A DNA stretch of 64,000 bases from Spirochaetia bacterium (GCA_965203515.1 OZ241907.1:1120001-1184000), one strand, 5' to 3'; positions 10,001 through 19,295 are shown, counted from the first letter of the stretch. The notes: generated by a model not told the origin, from the letters alone. Program-made: numbers and translations.

Positions 10001-11543
10001 CCGGCTTCGCTGGCAGGACGGCGGTCTGGCCTTTGCGGGCGGCCCTCTCGACGGCCTGTCCGGCGTCCTGTCGCCCGATGGGAGCTTCGAGGTGGCGGCG
10101 TCCGCGCCGCTGCCGCTGCAGGGCACCGCCCGCGGCGCCCTGAGCGACGACGGGGTGGCCGCGGAACTGTCGATCGACACGATCGACCTGACGCTGCTCA
10201 ACGATCTGCTGCAGACCACCGCCGTGGAGATTCGGGCCGGATCGGCGGCGGGCACCCTGCGCGTCCGCGGCACGCTCAACGATCCCGACCTGTACGGCAT
10301 CCTGCAGGCCACGGGGGTGGTCGTCGACTCGCCGCTCATCACGCAACGGGTCGGACCGGTCGCGTTTCCGGTGATCTTCGACGAAAAGGACCTGACCCTG
10401 GAGCGGACCCGACCGGAACGCGGCGTGGCCCCGCTGGAAGTGGACGGGACCGTGCGGATGGGGCAGTGGGCGCCGATCGCCTACGACATCGGCGTGCGGA
10501 CCACGACCGCCGAGGGCGTGCCGGTCGATTACCGGTTCGGGCCGGTCTCGATCAACGGGACCGCGCACGGCGGCGTACGGATCAGCGGCGACCAACTCGG
10601 CACGCGCATCGCCGGCGAGGTCGGCGCCAGCGCAGCCCGCGTATTCATCGCGGCCGCCGAATCGCCGGCCGCCCGGGAACCGCTGACGGTCGATCTTGCG
10701 GTCGCCACCGGCCGGGGCGTCGAGCTGACCTGGCCGTCGGAGGGCCTGCCGATCCTGAACATGCTGGTCGACACCGATCAGACGGTCTCCATCCGCTATG
10801 ACGGCTTCACCGGCGACTACTCCGTGGTCGGAGACGTGGCGCTCCGCGGCGGCGACCTGTTCTTCATCGATCAGACCTTCTACCTGCGCGACGGGATGGT
10901 CTCGTTCACGGAGGACGAAGCGCGCTTCGACCCGACCGTGACGGTCCGGGCCGAGACGCGCCAGCGATATGAAGGCAAAACGCTGCGCGTCTACGTCGAC
11001 GTCGATTCCCGCCTCAGCATGTTCGAGCCGCAGAACGCGCGGATCAGCTCCGACCCGCCGGAGCCGTTGCCGGTGCTGCGCGGCCTGCTCGGGGCGCCGT
11101 TCGGCAACGAACCCTCCGAGGGCGTCGACCTGCTTGCGCTTGCCGGCGGCGCGGTGAGCCAGTTCGGGCTGGTCGGTCCCATGGAGCGGGGCGTGCGCGA
11201 GTCGTTCGGCCTCGATCTGTTCAGCATCCGCACCGACGTTCTGTCGAACCTGCTGCGCGCGCCGCTCGACCTCTCCTCCAGCAGCCCCGATCTGCGTGAC
11301 AGCGCCACGACGATCGTCGTCGGCAAGTTCATCGGCGATGACCTGTTCTTCGAGGGGCGGGTGCGGGTAGAATCGGGCGATGCGTCGGCTACGTCCGAAC
11401 TCAGCGACCTGGAGCTCAGCATGGAGTGGGCGACGCCATTCTTCCTGTTGGAGTGGTCCCTCTTGCCGTCCCTGACCGATCCTTCGTCCATACTGTTTCA
11501 GACCGGCAACGAGGTGTCGTTGTCGTGGCGCTTCACGTACTGA
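7083..11543 (+). CDS. tamB: TamB/AsmA-like (DUF490) translocation and assembly protein, ~1486 aa
   Basis: N-terminal TM helix, long beta-rich body, C-terminal FDP.V.VRAE / GLDLFSIRT / VGKFIGDDLF segment; directly upstream of bamA; ATG overlaps tonB stop. Confidence 0.8.
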   Translation: MSDRRRRRLPRATIIAIEIAVFAGLFAAVLIGLGYARDRLDRMVGHLKEQVSGQVAERLGARVRYGAVAPSALRALQVTDLELVTEAGDVLLSARRLRVHYSLRTLLNTRSAVDAVNRVELTGVVVDIDLPRDEAPVLAALAGLGAAADGGVAADDGARIGVLPWPLDIADARVTVTIGADRVHLDELSLRLEPEARPAGDRLRLVGGRAGLSAALTVGGQATELDARLRVDGSLGPGQTGAAAVRVGDVRTTLGTLAARDFEAVWDGTEIFLMTPEGDAGPELALRIEPQQGLRFGIQAQGLSPLDVFRPSGPLEHLLPWFDTTVSGGAAVNVDSAGVDYAATIRVSSPPAPLTELLGVPVEGEVTVRGDAAAANVAPLVLHAADGSVRFDGSIDLATGRAAGRLVAADFDLDGRPVSAAADVEADLPASRLTLRDGVLGIGPLAVGGVTGSVSLIGSAAAAGAGAPSLQLDLAAVLPDSPDGRTTAAGSLTLGARPAFAGSASIREVNAGVLYRWLQPAGAADPGAAEPADPGAAELAGGLVVSAELAGSVGPDRLEVDVAAASVTEADGPLRARFSGAVTRESARIADLDLAAGDSFRAVGSAEIGADHLSFSGQLHLDGEPVPGPIRMQAGDGLTVRGPYDLLLELWPGERLPPAEVLPRIMAVGGGQPTPFRLSAAGYPLPALSDRATAAVELAGTVAHPPALLAGLGPGAELDLAAAGVALTDSRLVVQDLPIGELPNRLEVDFALAGDLLTADRFRFTNEYFADRETAVTGNGALRVTTADRLGASGRLLLQVGQERYEAAVSIAAGELEIEADVERLPLDRIAALPISGTASGRLRLTGPIAQPVISAELTSSDILLNEDYLTLAVAGTYDGARLVIGDLAADYQDHRVRGVTGGVDTQSGTVALEGRYEGEYLGGPMAIDLAVTGSASFAADPAPDRPLLTEAALTVAATAITIGGQNRTPWDARLRWQDGGLAFAGGPLDGLSGVLSPDGSFEVAASAPLPLQGTARGALSDDGVAAELSIDTIDLTLLNDLLQTTAVEIRAGSAAGTLRVRGTLNDPDLYGILQATGVVVDSPLITQRVGPVAFPVIFDEKDLTLERTRPERGVAPLEVDGTVRMGQWAPIAYDIGVRTTTAEGVPVDYRFGPVSINGTAHGGVRISGDQLGTRIAGEVGASAARVFIAAAESPAAREPLTVDLAVATGRGVELTWPSEGLPILNMLVDTDQTVSIRYDGFTGDYSVVGDVALRGGDLFFIDQTFYLRDGMVSFTEDEARFDPTVTVRAETRQRYEGKTLRVYVDVDSRLSMFEPQNARISSDPPEPLPVLRGLLGAPFGNEPSEGVDLLALAGGAVSQFGLVGPMERGVRESFGLDLFSIRTDVLSNLLRAPLDLSSSSPDLRDSATTIVVGKFIGDDLFFEGRVRVESGDASATSELSDLELSMEWATPFFLLEWSLLPSLTDPSSILFQTGNEVSLSWRFTY
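8650..8697 (+). repeat. 24-bp in-frame tandem duplication inside tamB
   Basis: CGGCCGATCCGGGGGCCGCGGAGC x2 (ADPGAAE repeated). Confidence 0.9.
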
Positions 11544-14086
11544 TGCGCGCGCGCCTGACGCCTCCCGGCATCTTCCGCGTCCTGCCCGCGGCGGCCCTGC
11601 TGTTCCTGGCGGTGCCCGGCGCCGCGCAGCAGGGCGACGAGTGGTACTTCGGCAAACCGATTCGATCGGTGGAGTTCGACGGTCTGGCTACGGTCGACGC
11701 CGGCGATCTGCGGCCGATCGTCGACCCGTACCTGGAGCGACCCTTCGAGCTCGACCTGTTCTACGAAATGCAGGCGGCCCTGTACGCCACCGAGCTGTTC
11801 GAGAGCCTGGAGGCGGATGCCGCCGAAGGCGACGACGATCGCTCCACGGTCGTCGTGCGCTGGTCGGTGCGGGAGCGGCCGACGATCGATGAGATCGTCA
11901 TCGACGGCGAACGCCGGATTCGGGAAAGCCAGATCCTCGACGCCATGCAGTCGAAGCTCGACACGATCCTGATCTCCCGCCGGCTCGAAGCGGACCTCGA
12001 CGCGATCCGCGACCTGTACGAGCGCGACGGCTTCGACGGCGCGGCGGTCGACTCGATGGTGGAGATCGACGAGGCGGCCAACCGCGTCACCGTTCTCCTC
12101 ACGATCGCGGAGGGCATCCGCACCACGGTGGTCTCGATCGAGTTCGCGGGCAACCAGTTCGCCTCGCCCGGCACCTTGCGGAGCCAGATGACGACCAGGG
12201 AGCGGGCGCTGCTGCAGCGCGGCCTGTTCTCGGAGAGCGCCTTTCGGCGCGACCTGGAGAGCCTGGTCTTCTACTACCGGAGCAACGGCTACGTGGACGC
12301 CGCCGTCGACCGCGTGGAGCGCAGCATCGAGCACGATGCGGAAGGCGAACAGGACCTCCTCAGCCTCACGATATACCTGACCGAAGGCCAGCCGTACGAG
12401 TACGCCGGCACCGAGTTCGCGGGCAACGCCGTGTTCACGGACCAGGAGCTGCAGGCGCTGGTCCGCCATCGCCCGGACCGCTCGATCAACATGACGACCG
12501 TCGACGCCGACTTCCGGCGCATTCAGGAGCTCTACTGGGAGAACGGCTACATCTTCAATGACTTCGATCAGGAGCTGCTGCGCGACGACGAACGGCGCAC
12601 CATCGGCGTGCGGGTCGCGATCACCGAGCGCGACGGCGCCCACATCGAGAACATCCGCATCACCGGCAACGTGAAGACGCAGGAGCACGTGCTGCGCCGC
12701 GAGCTGCCGTTCGAGGTCGGCGACGTGTTCAACCGGACCGAGATAACGCGCGGCCTGCAAAACCTCTACAACCTGCAGTACTTCACCTCCGTGCAGCCGG
12801 ACACGCCGGTGGGAAGCGCGCCCGGCCTGATGGACGTCAACATCGCCGTCGAGGAGAGCACCACCGCCGACATCGGCTTCGGCGCCACCTTCTCCGGCGG
12901 CGACTTTCCGCTGTCCGGCTTCGTCCGCTGGTCGGAGCGCAACTTCAGGGGGTTGGGGCAGACGATCAGCGTCGACCTGCAGGGCTCGCAGCTCCGGCAG
13001 GCGGTGACGGTCGGCTTCACCGAGCCGTGGCTGCTCGGCCGGCCGTGGTCGGCCGGCATCACCCTCGGCGGCGAGCACGCCGTGGTCCGGGGCGTCGCGC
13101 AGGACGTGCTGCCGCCGGTGTTCACCGACGACGAGGCGGCGGGCGCGGTGCCGGATCCGTTCGTCGACCAAGCCGATTACGAGGCGGGCGGCGAGTCGAG
13201 CCCGGACCAGTATTCGATGGAGTACGACACGTACGCCATCTCGGCCGAACTGTCGAGCGGCTACCGGTTCGACACGCTCGTCGGGCGCGTGATCGTGCGC
13301 GGCGGATTCGGCTCCACGCTCGGCTTCCTGGTCTACGACCCGGAGCTGCACCGGCCCTTCGACAAGACGATCCGCGACCAGTTCGAGCGGTGGAGCGTGG
13401 TCAGCCGGCTCTGGACCGGCGTGGCGTGGGACCGCCGCGACATCATCCTCAACCCCACCAACGGCACGCTGTTGAGCCAACGGGTGGAGCTGACCGGCGG
13501 CCCGCTGGCGGGAGACCGCCATTTCATCAAGTCGGAAAGCCAGGCGGAGGCGTTCGCGACGCTGTTCGAGGCGCCGCTGTCCGATGACTTCGACCTGAAG
13601 CTGGTGCTCGCCGGCCACACCGGATTCTCGCTGATCCTGCCGCAACTGCGCAGTTGCGGCGCCGTCAACGACGGGCAACCCGGCCTGTGCTGGGACCAGG
13701 TGACCACCAGAGAAGACCTGCTGGTCATCGACGGCACCGGCGTGGCGCGCGGCTGGAACCGAAAGGTCGACGGCGAGGCGCTGTGGGACAACAAGGTGGA
13801 GCTGCGCGTGCCGATCGATCCGCAGATCATCTGGGGGGTGCTGTTCCTCGACGCCGCCCTGCTCTGGACCGACCGCGCCGCCATCGCCCGCACGTCTTTG
13901 GAGGACGTGCGGTTCAGCGCCGGCTTCGGCCTGCGCTTCGCCGTGCCGCAGCTGCCGTTGCGCCTCTATCTCGCCAAGCCGTTCGCGGTCCGCGACGGCG
14001 GATTGGCGGATCCCCCCGATCAGCAGACCGCAGGCCAGCTGGGCGGCATGACCCTGGTCCTGGGACTCGGCGGCGACACGTTTTAG
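11543..14086 (+). CDS. bamA: Outer membrane protein assembly factor BamA
   Basis: Signal peptide, POTRA motifs (VRERPTI, YRSNGYVDA, ITGNVKTQEHVLRRE), barrel with ERNFRGLGQ and ARGW, terminal Phe. Confidence 0.95.
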   Translation: MRARLTPPGIFRVLPAAALLFLAVPGAAQQGDEWYFGKPIRSVEFDGLATVDAGDLRPIVDPYLERPFELDLFYEMQAALYATELFESLEADAAEGDDDRSTVVVRWSVRERPTIDEIVIDGERRIRESQILDAMQSKLDTILISRRLEADLDAIRDLYERDGFDGAAVDSMVEIDEAANRVTVLLTIAEGIRTTVVSIEFAGNQFASPGTLRSQMTTRERALLQRGLFSESAFRRDLESLVFYYRSNGYVDAAVDRVERSIEHDAEGEQDLLSLTIYLTEGQPYEYAGTEFAGNAVFTDQELQALVRHRPDRSINMTTVDADFRRIQELYWENGYIFNDFDQELLRDDERRTIGVRVAITERDGAHIENIRITGNVKTQEHVLRRELPFEVGDVFNRTEITRGLQNLYNLQYFTSVQPDTPVGSAPGLMDVNIAVEESTTADIGFGATFSGGDFPLSGFVRWSERNFRGLGQTISVDLQGSQLRQAVTVGFTEPWLLGRPWSAGITLGGEHAVVRGVAQDVLPPVFTDDEAAGAVPDPFVDQADYEAGGESSPDQYSMEYDTYAISAELSSGYRFDTLVGRVIVRGGFGSTLGFLVYDPELHRPFDKTIRDQFERWSVVSRLWTGVAWDRRDIILNPTNGTLLSQRVELTGGPLAGDRHFIKSESQAEAFATLFEAPLSDDFDLKLVLAGHTGFSLILPQLRSCGAVNDGQPGLCWDQVTTREDLLVIDGTGVARGWNRKVDGEALWDNKVELRVPIDPQIIWGVLFLDAALLWTDRAAIARTSLEDVRFSAGFGLRFAVPQLPLRLYLAKPFAVRDGGLADPPDQQTAGQLGGMTLVLGLGGDTF

Positions 14087-14095
14087 ACGGCTGGG

Positions 14096-14653
14096 ATGGG
14101 TGCGCGAAGGAGGCCGCTGGCGGTTGCCGCGCTGGCGGCGGCGCTGCTGGCGGCGACCCTGCTGGCCGCGCCGGTGAACGGGAACGCCCAGGAGCAGATC
14201 ACCCGTATCGGCGTCGTCGACCTCGACGCGGTCGTGCGCGCCTACTTCCGCGAATCGGAGTCGTTCCGCGCCTACGAGGCGCGGCGCGAGCAGATCGACG
14301 GCGAACGGGAGGGGATCGAGGCCGAGATACGCAACCTGGAGCAGGCGCTGCTCGAAGCTCGGCAGGCGGAAGACCGGGGTCTGGAGCTGCTGCTCGATCA
14401 GCAGCTCTTCGACCGCCGCCAGCACCTGTTGCAGTTCGTGCGCGTCATGAACGATCAGCTGCGGCGCGAGTACGAAGGTCTGAAGACGTCGGATCGATTC
14501 ACGGCCGAGTTGGCGGAGGCGCTGGCGTACGTCGCCGAAACGCTCGGCTTCTCGTTGATACGGTCTACGCAGAACCTGTTCTACTGGCATACGGACATCG
14601 ACCTGACCGACGAGGTCATCGCGGACCTTGCCCGACGAGCGGCCCGCCGCTAG
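14096..14653 (+). CDS. skp: OmpH/Skp periplasmic chaperone
   Basis: Signal peptide, RIGVVDL, coiled coil, DLTDEVI; follows bamA. Confidence 0.88.
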   Translation: MGARRRPLAVAALAAALLAATLLAAPVNGNAQEQITRIGVVDLDAVVRAYFRESESFRAYEARREQIDGEREGIEAEIRNLEQALLEARQAEDRGLELLLDQQLFDRRQHLLQFVRVMNDQLRREYEGLKTSDRFTAELAEALAYVAETLGFSLIRSTQNLFYWHTDIDLTDEVIADLARRAARR

Positions 14654-15110
14654 CAGGGCCGCGCCGGCCGGCCGGCTCCTGGGCGTCGATCTCGGCACGC
14701 GGCGCATCGGTCTGGCCCTCTCGGACCCGGCCGGCATCATCGCCTCGCCATTCTCGGTCCTGTCGTTCACCACCGAAGCGGCGCTGGTCGGCGCGCTGCG
14801 CCGCACCTGTACCGAACACGGCGTGCGGCTCGTCGTCCTCGGCCATCCGGTGCGCACGGACGGAACGCCGACGCGGCTCGGCGTGCGCGCCGCGCGGATC
14901 GCCGCGACGCTCGCCGCCGGGGGCGTCCCGGCCTGCACGTGGGACGAGCAGTTCACCAGCCGCGCGGCGGCCGCGGCGACCGGCCGCCGCGGCCAGCGCG
15001 GCCGCCGCGCCCGGACCGACCCCGGCCGGATCGACCGCGTGGCGGCGGCGCTGATGCTCGCCGACTACCTGCAGCACCGGGGTTCCGGCCGGCCGCGCGC
15101 GACCGCATGA
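14628..15110 (+). CDS. ruvX: YqgF/RuvX nuclease
   Basis: LLGVDLGTRRIGLALSD, WDEQFTS, IDRVAAALML. Confidence 0.92.
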   Translation: MPDERPAASRAAPAGRLLGVDLGTRRIGLALSDPAGIIASPFSVLSFTTEAALVGALRRTCTEHGVRLVVLGHPVRTDGTPTRLGVRAARIAATLAAGGVPACTWDEQFTSRAAAAATGRRGQRGRRARTDPGRIDRVAAALMLADYLQHRGSGRPRATA

Positions 15111-15186
15111 ACGAGCGTACCTGGTATACTTGGTCGCCGCCGGCAAGCGGCGGCGCGGCAGCGCGCGCGACCGCATGAACGAGCGT
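15094..15186 (+). repeat. 25-bp direct repeat of the ruvX-stop/mutS-start junction flanking a 43-bp spacer
   Basis: CGCGCGCGACCGCATGAACGAGCGT at 15094-15118 and 15162-15186. Confidence 0.92.
15122..15130 (+). promoter_or_regulatory. Extended -10 promoter element upstream of mutS
   Basis: TG-G-TATACT (TGnTATAAT-like), ~45 nt upstream of the mutS ATG. Confidence 0.5.
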
Positions 15187-17775
15187 TCCCCCATGATGGG
15201 GCAGTATCTGCGGCTCAAGGCGTCGCAGCCGGGGGCGATCCTCTTCTTCCGGCTCGGCGACTTCTACGAGATGTTCGCCGAAGACGCGGAGCGGGCGGCG
15301 CCGATCCTGGACATCGCCCTGACCAAGCGCAACGGGGTGCCGATGTGCGGCGTGCCGCATCACGCCATGCAGACCTATCTGGCCAAGCTGCTGCGGGCCG
15401 GCCACAAGGTCGCGATCTGCGAACAGGTCGGTCCGGCCGGCGGCGGCCTGACCGAGCGGCGCGTCGTCGAGGTGGTCACGCCCGGGACGATCGTCGACGA
15501 GCGTCTGCTCGACCACGCCAGCAACAACTATCTGGCGGCGTTGGCCGACGGCGGCGCGGCGCTGGCGCTCGCCTGGGCGGACCTGTCGACCGGGGAACTG
15601 CGCGCCGCCCGCCTGCCCGCCGAACAGACGGAGCTGTGGCTGCGCGACCACATGCAGCGCCTGGCGCCGCGTGAGCTGATCGTCCAGGAGAGCCTGCTCG
15701 ATACCGGGTCGCCGGCGGAGCGGGTGCTGGCGGAGCGGCCGGAGCTGGTGCTCAACCGCTACCCGGACTGGCACTTCGACCTGGACGCCAACCACGACCT
15801 GCTGTGCCGGCAGTTCGGGGTGGTCGACCTGCGCTCGTTCGGACTCGATCGGACCGCCCCGGAGGTGCGCGCCGCCGGCGCGCTGGTCGGATACATCCGG
15901 CAGCATGCCCTGCAGGATACCCCGCACTCGGCCACCTCCCACCTGACCGACCTGATCGTGGAGGCGGTCGACGCCAATCTCCGCATCGACGAACCGACCC
16001 AGCGCAACCTGGAGCTGACCGCCAATCTCCTCGACGGAGGCCGGGAGCACACGCTGCTGGCGACCCTCGACCGCACGCGCACCTCGGTCGGCGCCCGCCT
16101 GCTGCGCCGGTCGATTCTGGCGCCGCTCCGCGACCGGGATGCGATCGAGCGGCGCCTCGACGCCGTCGACCGCCTGTTCCGGGACCAGGCGCTGCTCGCC
16201 CGCCTGCGGGTGGAACTCGACCGCTTCCGCGACCTGGAACGGCTTACGGCTCGCTGCTCGCTGGGGCGCTCCGAGGTGCGTGAGCTGCTGGCGGTCCGCA
16301 TCTGCCTGCAGTGCGCGGCGACGGTCGCGGAGCTGCTGGCCGCCGCCGTGCCCCGGCTGGCCGACGCGCTTCGCGCGCACGACGGCGACCTGCTGCCGGT
16401 GCTGGCCGTCCTCCGCGACGCCTTGTCCGACGCAGCCGACGACTCGGCGTTCCGAGCCGGACACTCGGCCGACCTCGACCGCCTGCACGCCGACACCGAC
16501 TCGGCCGAGCGGGAACTCGATGCCTACACGCGCGAGGTCCGGGCCGCGACCGGCATCGCGTCGCTGCGGATGAAGCACAACCGCGTGCTCGGCTATTTCT
16601 TCGACATCACCAAGCCCAATCTCGACCGGGTACCCGGCCATTTCATCCGCAGGCAGAGCCTTGCCGGCTCGGAGCGCTTCACGACCGAGCGGCTCATGGA
16701 CCTGGACGCCCGCATCCGGCGCGCTCAGGCCGACCGGGAAGAGGTGGAACGCGCCCGGTTGATCGACCTGCGCCGGCAGGTGGCCGAGCGGTCGGCCGCG
16801 CTGCTCCGGCTGGCATCGGCGGTGGCGGAAACCGATCTGGTGCAGTCGCTCGCCTCGGCGGCGACCGAGCTCGGCTTCAGCCGACCCGCCATCGTCGCCG
16901 CGGACATCATCGATATCCGCGGCGGTCGGCACCCGGTCGTGGAGCGCGCGCTGCCGCACGGAACCTTCATTCCCAACAGCATCGAGCTGGGAGCGGCGCA
17001 GCGCGTGCTGTTGCTGACCGGCCCCAACATGGCCGGCAAATCGACCTATCTCCGGCAGACGGCGCTGATCGCGATCATGAGCCACGTCGGCTCCTTCGTG
17101 CCGGCCGAACAGGCGCGCCTCGGGCTCATAGACGCCGTCTACTGCCGCGTCGGCGCCAGCGACAACATAGCTCGCGGGGAGTCGACGTTTCTGGTGGAGA
17201 TGGCGGAAACGGCGCGCATCCTGCGTCTGGCGCGCCGGGCCAGTCTGGTGATCATGGACGAGATCGGCCGCGGCACCGGCAGCGACGACGGACTGGCGAT
17301 CGCCCGCGCCGTGCTGGAGCACCTGCTGCGCGAGGTAGGCGCCAAGACGCTGTTCGCCACCCATTTTCGCGAGCTGACGACCCTGGACCATCCGCGGCTC
17401 GCCAACCGGTCCATGGCGGTCATGGAGCGCGGCGGCGACGTGGTGTTCCTCAAGACCGTGGTCGACGGCCCCGCCGACCGGTCGCACGGCATCCACGTCG
17501 CGCGCATGGCGGGAATTCCGCGCAGCGTCAGCGACTTGGCCGCGCGCTATCTGGAAGCCGCCCGCGGAGCGGATCATGCGCCGCCGGCGGCGGAAGCAGC
17601 GGAAGCGGAAGCGCCGGCAGCGGCCGACGGCCCGCAACAGCCGCGATTGTTCGACACCCGCCAGTCGGTGCGGGGCGCGTCCGTGCTGGACGAGCTGCGC
17701 GGTCTCGACCTCGGCGTCCTGCGCCCGATCGACGCGCTCAACCTGCTGCACGATTGGCAGGAGCGGGCGCGGTGA
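15175..17775 (+). CDS. mutS: DNA mismatch repair protein MutS
   Basis: PMMGQY, FFRLGDFYEMF, GRHPVVE, TGPNMAGKSTYL, STFLVEM, MDEIGRGT. Confidence 0.98.
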   Translation: MNERSPMMGQYLRLKASQPGAILFFRLGDFYEMFAEDAERAAPILDIALTKRNGVPMCGVPHHAMQTYLAKLLRAGHKVAICEQVGPAGGGLTERRVVEVVTPGTIVDERLLDHASNNYLAALADGGAALALAWADLSTGELRAARLPAEQTELWLRDHMQRLAPRELIVQESLLDTGSPAERVLAERPELVLNRYPDWHFDLDANHDLLCRQFGVVDLRSFGLDRTAPEVRAAGALVGYIRQHALQDTPHSATSHLTDLIVEAVDANLRIDEPTQRNLELTANLLDGGREHTLLATLDRTRTSVGARLLRRSILAPLRDRDAIERRLDAVDRLFRDQALLARLRVELDRFRDLERLTARCSLGRSEVRELLAVRICLQCAATVAELLAAAVPRLADALRAHDGDLLPVLAVLRDALSDAADDSAFRAGHSADLDRLHADTDSAERELDAYTREVRAATGIASLRMKHNRVLGYFFDITKPNLDRVPGHFIRRQSLAGSERFTTERLMDLDARIRRAQADREEVERARLIDLRRQVAERSAALLRLASAVAETDLVQSLASAATELGFSRPAIVAADIIDIRGGRHPVVERALPHGTFIPNSIELGAAQRVLLLTGPNMAGKSTYLRQTALIAIMSHVGSFVPAEQARLGLIDAVYCRVGASDNIARGESTFLVEMAETARILRLARRASLVIMDEIGRGTGSDDGLAIARAVLEHLLREVGAKTLFATHFRELTTLDHPRLANRSMAVMERGGDVVFLKTVVDGPADRSHGIHVARMAGIPRSVSDLAARYLEAARGADHAPPAAEAAEAEAPAAADGPQQPRLFDTRQSVRGASVLDELRGLDLGVLRPIDALNLLHDWQERAR

Positions 17776-18494
17776 GCGGTATCGCCCTGCGCGCGGCGGC
17801 GGCGCTGCGCGCGCTCGCCGCGCACGCGCTGGGCGAGCGTTGCCTGGCGTGCGGCGAGTCGCCGGCGTCCGCGGCCGACTGCCGCGGTCCGGTGTGCGCC
17901 TCGTGCCGTCGCCGGCTGGAGGTGATCGACGGGCGGCGCTGCCGCTCCTGCAGCCGCCCGCTCGTCTCGGAGATCGACCGGTGCACCCGCTGCCGCAACC
18001 GGGACTACGCGTTCAGCGGCAATACCTCGCTCGCCGCCTACGCGGGCACGGTCAAGCGACTGCTGCATCACTACAAGTTCAATGCGCGGGCGCGTCTGGC
18101 GGGCGTGTTCGCTCAGGCGTTGGTCGACGCCGGCCTCGTCGACGGCGCCTGCTGCGTCGTCCCGGTGCCGGCGCGGCCGCGCGGCCTGCTGCGACCGGCG
18201 GCGCGGTTCGATCAGGTCGGCCTGCTCGCGCGCCGGTTGCGCCGCCGTACCGGCTGCGCGGTCCTCCCGGTGCTGCGCCGCTTGCCGGGACCGCCGCAGA
18301 AACGGCTCGACTACGAAGCGCGCGCGGGCAACGTCGCCGGCCGCATACGTCTGGTCGCCCGAGCGCCGCTGCCGGAGCGGGTGGTGCTGCTGGACGACGT
18401 GTTCACCACCGGCGCGACCGCGCACGAGTGCGCTCGGGTGCTGGCGCGAAGCGGGGTGCGCGAGGTCCGGGTCGTGACCGTCGCGCTTGGCTGA
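17772..18494 (+). CDS. comF: ComF family protein (double zinc ribbon + PRTase)
   Basis: Four CxxC motifs, LLHHYKF, VPVP, VLLDDVFTTGAT; GTG overlaps mutS stop. Confidence 0.92.
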   Translation: MSGIALRAAAALRALAAHALGERCLACGESPASAADCRGPVCASCRRRLEVIDGRRCRSCSRPLVSEIDRCTRCRNRDYAFSGNTSLAAYAGTVKRLLHHYKFNARARLAGVFAQALVDAGLVDGACCVVPVPARPRGLLRPAARFDQVGLLARRLRRRTGCAVLPVLRRLPGPPQKRLDYEARAGNVAGRIRLVARAPLPERVVLLDDVFTTGATAHECARVLARSGVREVRVVTVALG

Positions 18495-18523
18495 AAGCGG
18501 CGCGCGCCCGCCGCATCGCGGTC

Positions 18524-18553
18524 TTGACCGGCCGGACCGATCCGTTCTACCTT
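18524..18553 (+). promoter_or_regulatory. Putative sigma70 promoter of the rimP-nusA-infB operon
   Basis: TTGACC-18 nt-TACCTT in the comF-rimP gap. Confidence 0.5.
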
Positions 18554-18630
18554 GATCGCAGGCGGGTCCGACCCGTGCGGCACGGCGAACCGTGCCGCAC
18601 GCCGGGGTAGCCCGGCAGGGTAGTATCGGC

Positions 18631-18659
18631 AGGGAGTCGAGGGGTTCGACTCCTTTTTT
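18631..18659 (+). terminator. Intrinsic terminator/attenuator hairpin in the rimP leader
   Basis: GGAGTCGA-GGGGT-TCGACTCC followed by T6, ~33 nt before the rimP start; position matches the known rimP-leader terminator. Confidence 0.75.
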
Positions 18660-18692
18660 GTGCACCGGCTTTCATGCATCCGGGGAGGTGAC

Positions 18693-19295
18693 GTGGCAGA
18701 CGACGGGCAGTGCGGAGCGGGCGCCATCGCCGCGGCGGGGGCGCGGCAGGACGGCGCTCCGGCCGGCAGTGGCTTCGCGGCCAGCAGCGGCTTCGCGGCC
18801 GGCAGCGGCTTCGCGGCCGGCAGCGGCTTCGCCGAACAGGTGCGCGCCGAGGTGGCGCCCGCGGTCCGTTCGTTCGGCTTCGACCTGGTAGAGATCGACG
18901 CCGCGCGCCTGGCGCGGCGCAGCCTGGTCCGCCTGGTCGTCTACCGCCCGGACGGTATGACGGCCGACGACTGCGCGGCGCTGGCGCGGGCCGTACGGTA
19001 CCGGCTCGCGCTGGTGCCGGGCGCGGAAGACGCCCGGCTCGAGGTCAGCACGCCCGGCACCGCGCGCAAGCTCAAGGCGGCGCATGAGTACGCGATCTTC
19101 CGGGGTCGCACGGTGGAGGTCCTGCTGGACGGCGTCTGGCTGCGCGGCGTCATCGCCGCGGCCGAAGGCGGTATAGTAACGATCGACACCGGTACGGAAG
19201 AGCGGCGGATCGAGATAGGGCGGATCGGCAAGGGACGGTTGAGCGACGACATGATTGACCGACACGACGACGGGAGCGGGACCGATGTCGAGTGA
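18693..19295 (+). CDS. rimP: Ribosome maturation factor RimP
   Basis: GFDLVEI, DDCAAL, LEVSTPG..RKLK; SD GGAGGTGA before GTG 18693; precedes nusA. Confidence 0.9.
   Translation: MADDGQCGAGAIAAAGARQDGAPAGSGFAASSGFAAGSGFAAGSGFAEQVRAEVAPAVRSFGFDLVEIDAARLARRSLVRLVVYRPDGMTADDCAALARAVRYRLALVPGAEDARLEVSTPGTARKLKAAHEYAIFRGRTVEVLLDGVWLRGVIAAAEGGIVTIDTGTEERRIEIGRIGKGRLSDDMIDRHDDGSGTDVE
18762..18833 (+). repeat. 4 x 18-bp tandem repeat at the rimP 5' end
   Basis: GCCRGCAGYGGCTTCGCS x4, encoding A(G/S)SGFA. Confidence 0.92.

Noticed and set aside
11498..14956. Very long antisense and alternate-frame ORFs (also 14953-17751, 26022-28700, 32245-34656, 44276-46993)
   Set aside because: Shadows of well-identified genes in high-GC DNA; no recognisable motifs.
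18601..18670. tRNA-like sequence (GCCGGGGTAGCCC...GGTTCGACTCC) upstream of rimP
   Set aside because: No anticodon arm and poor acceptor spacing; better explained by the leader terminator hairpin plus T6.
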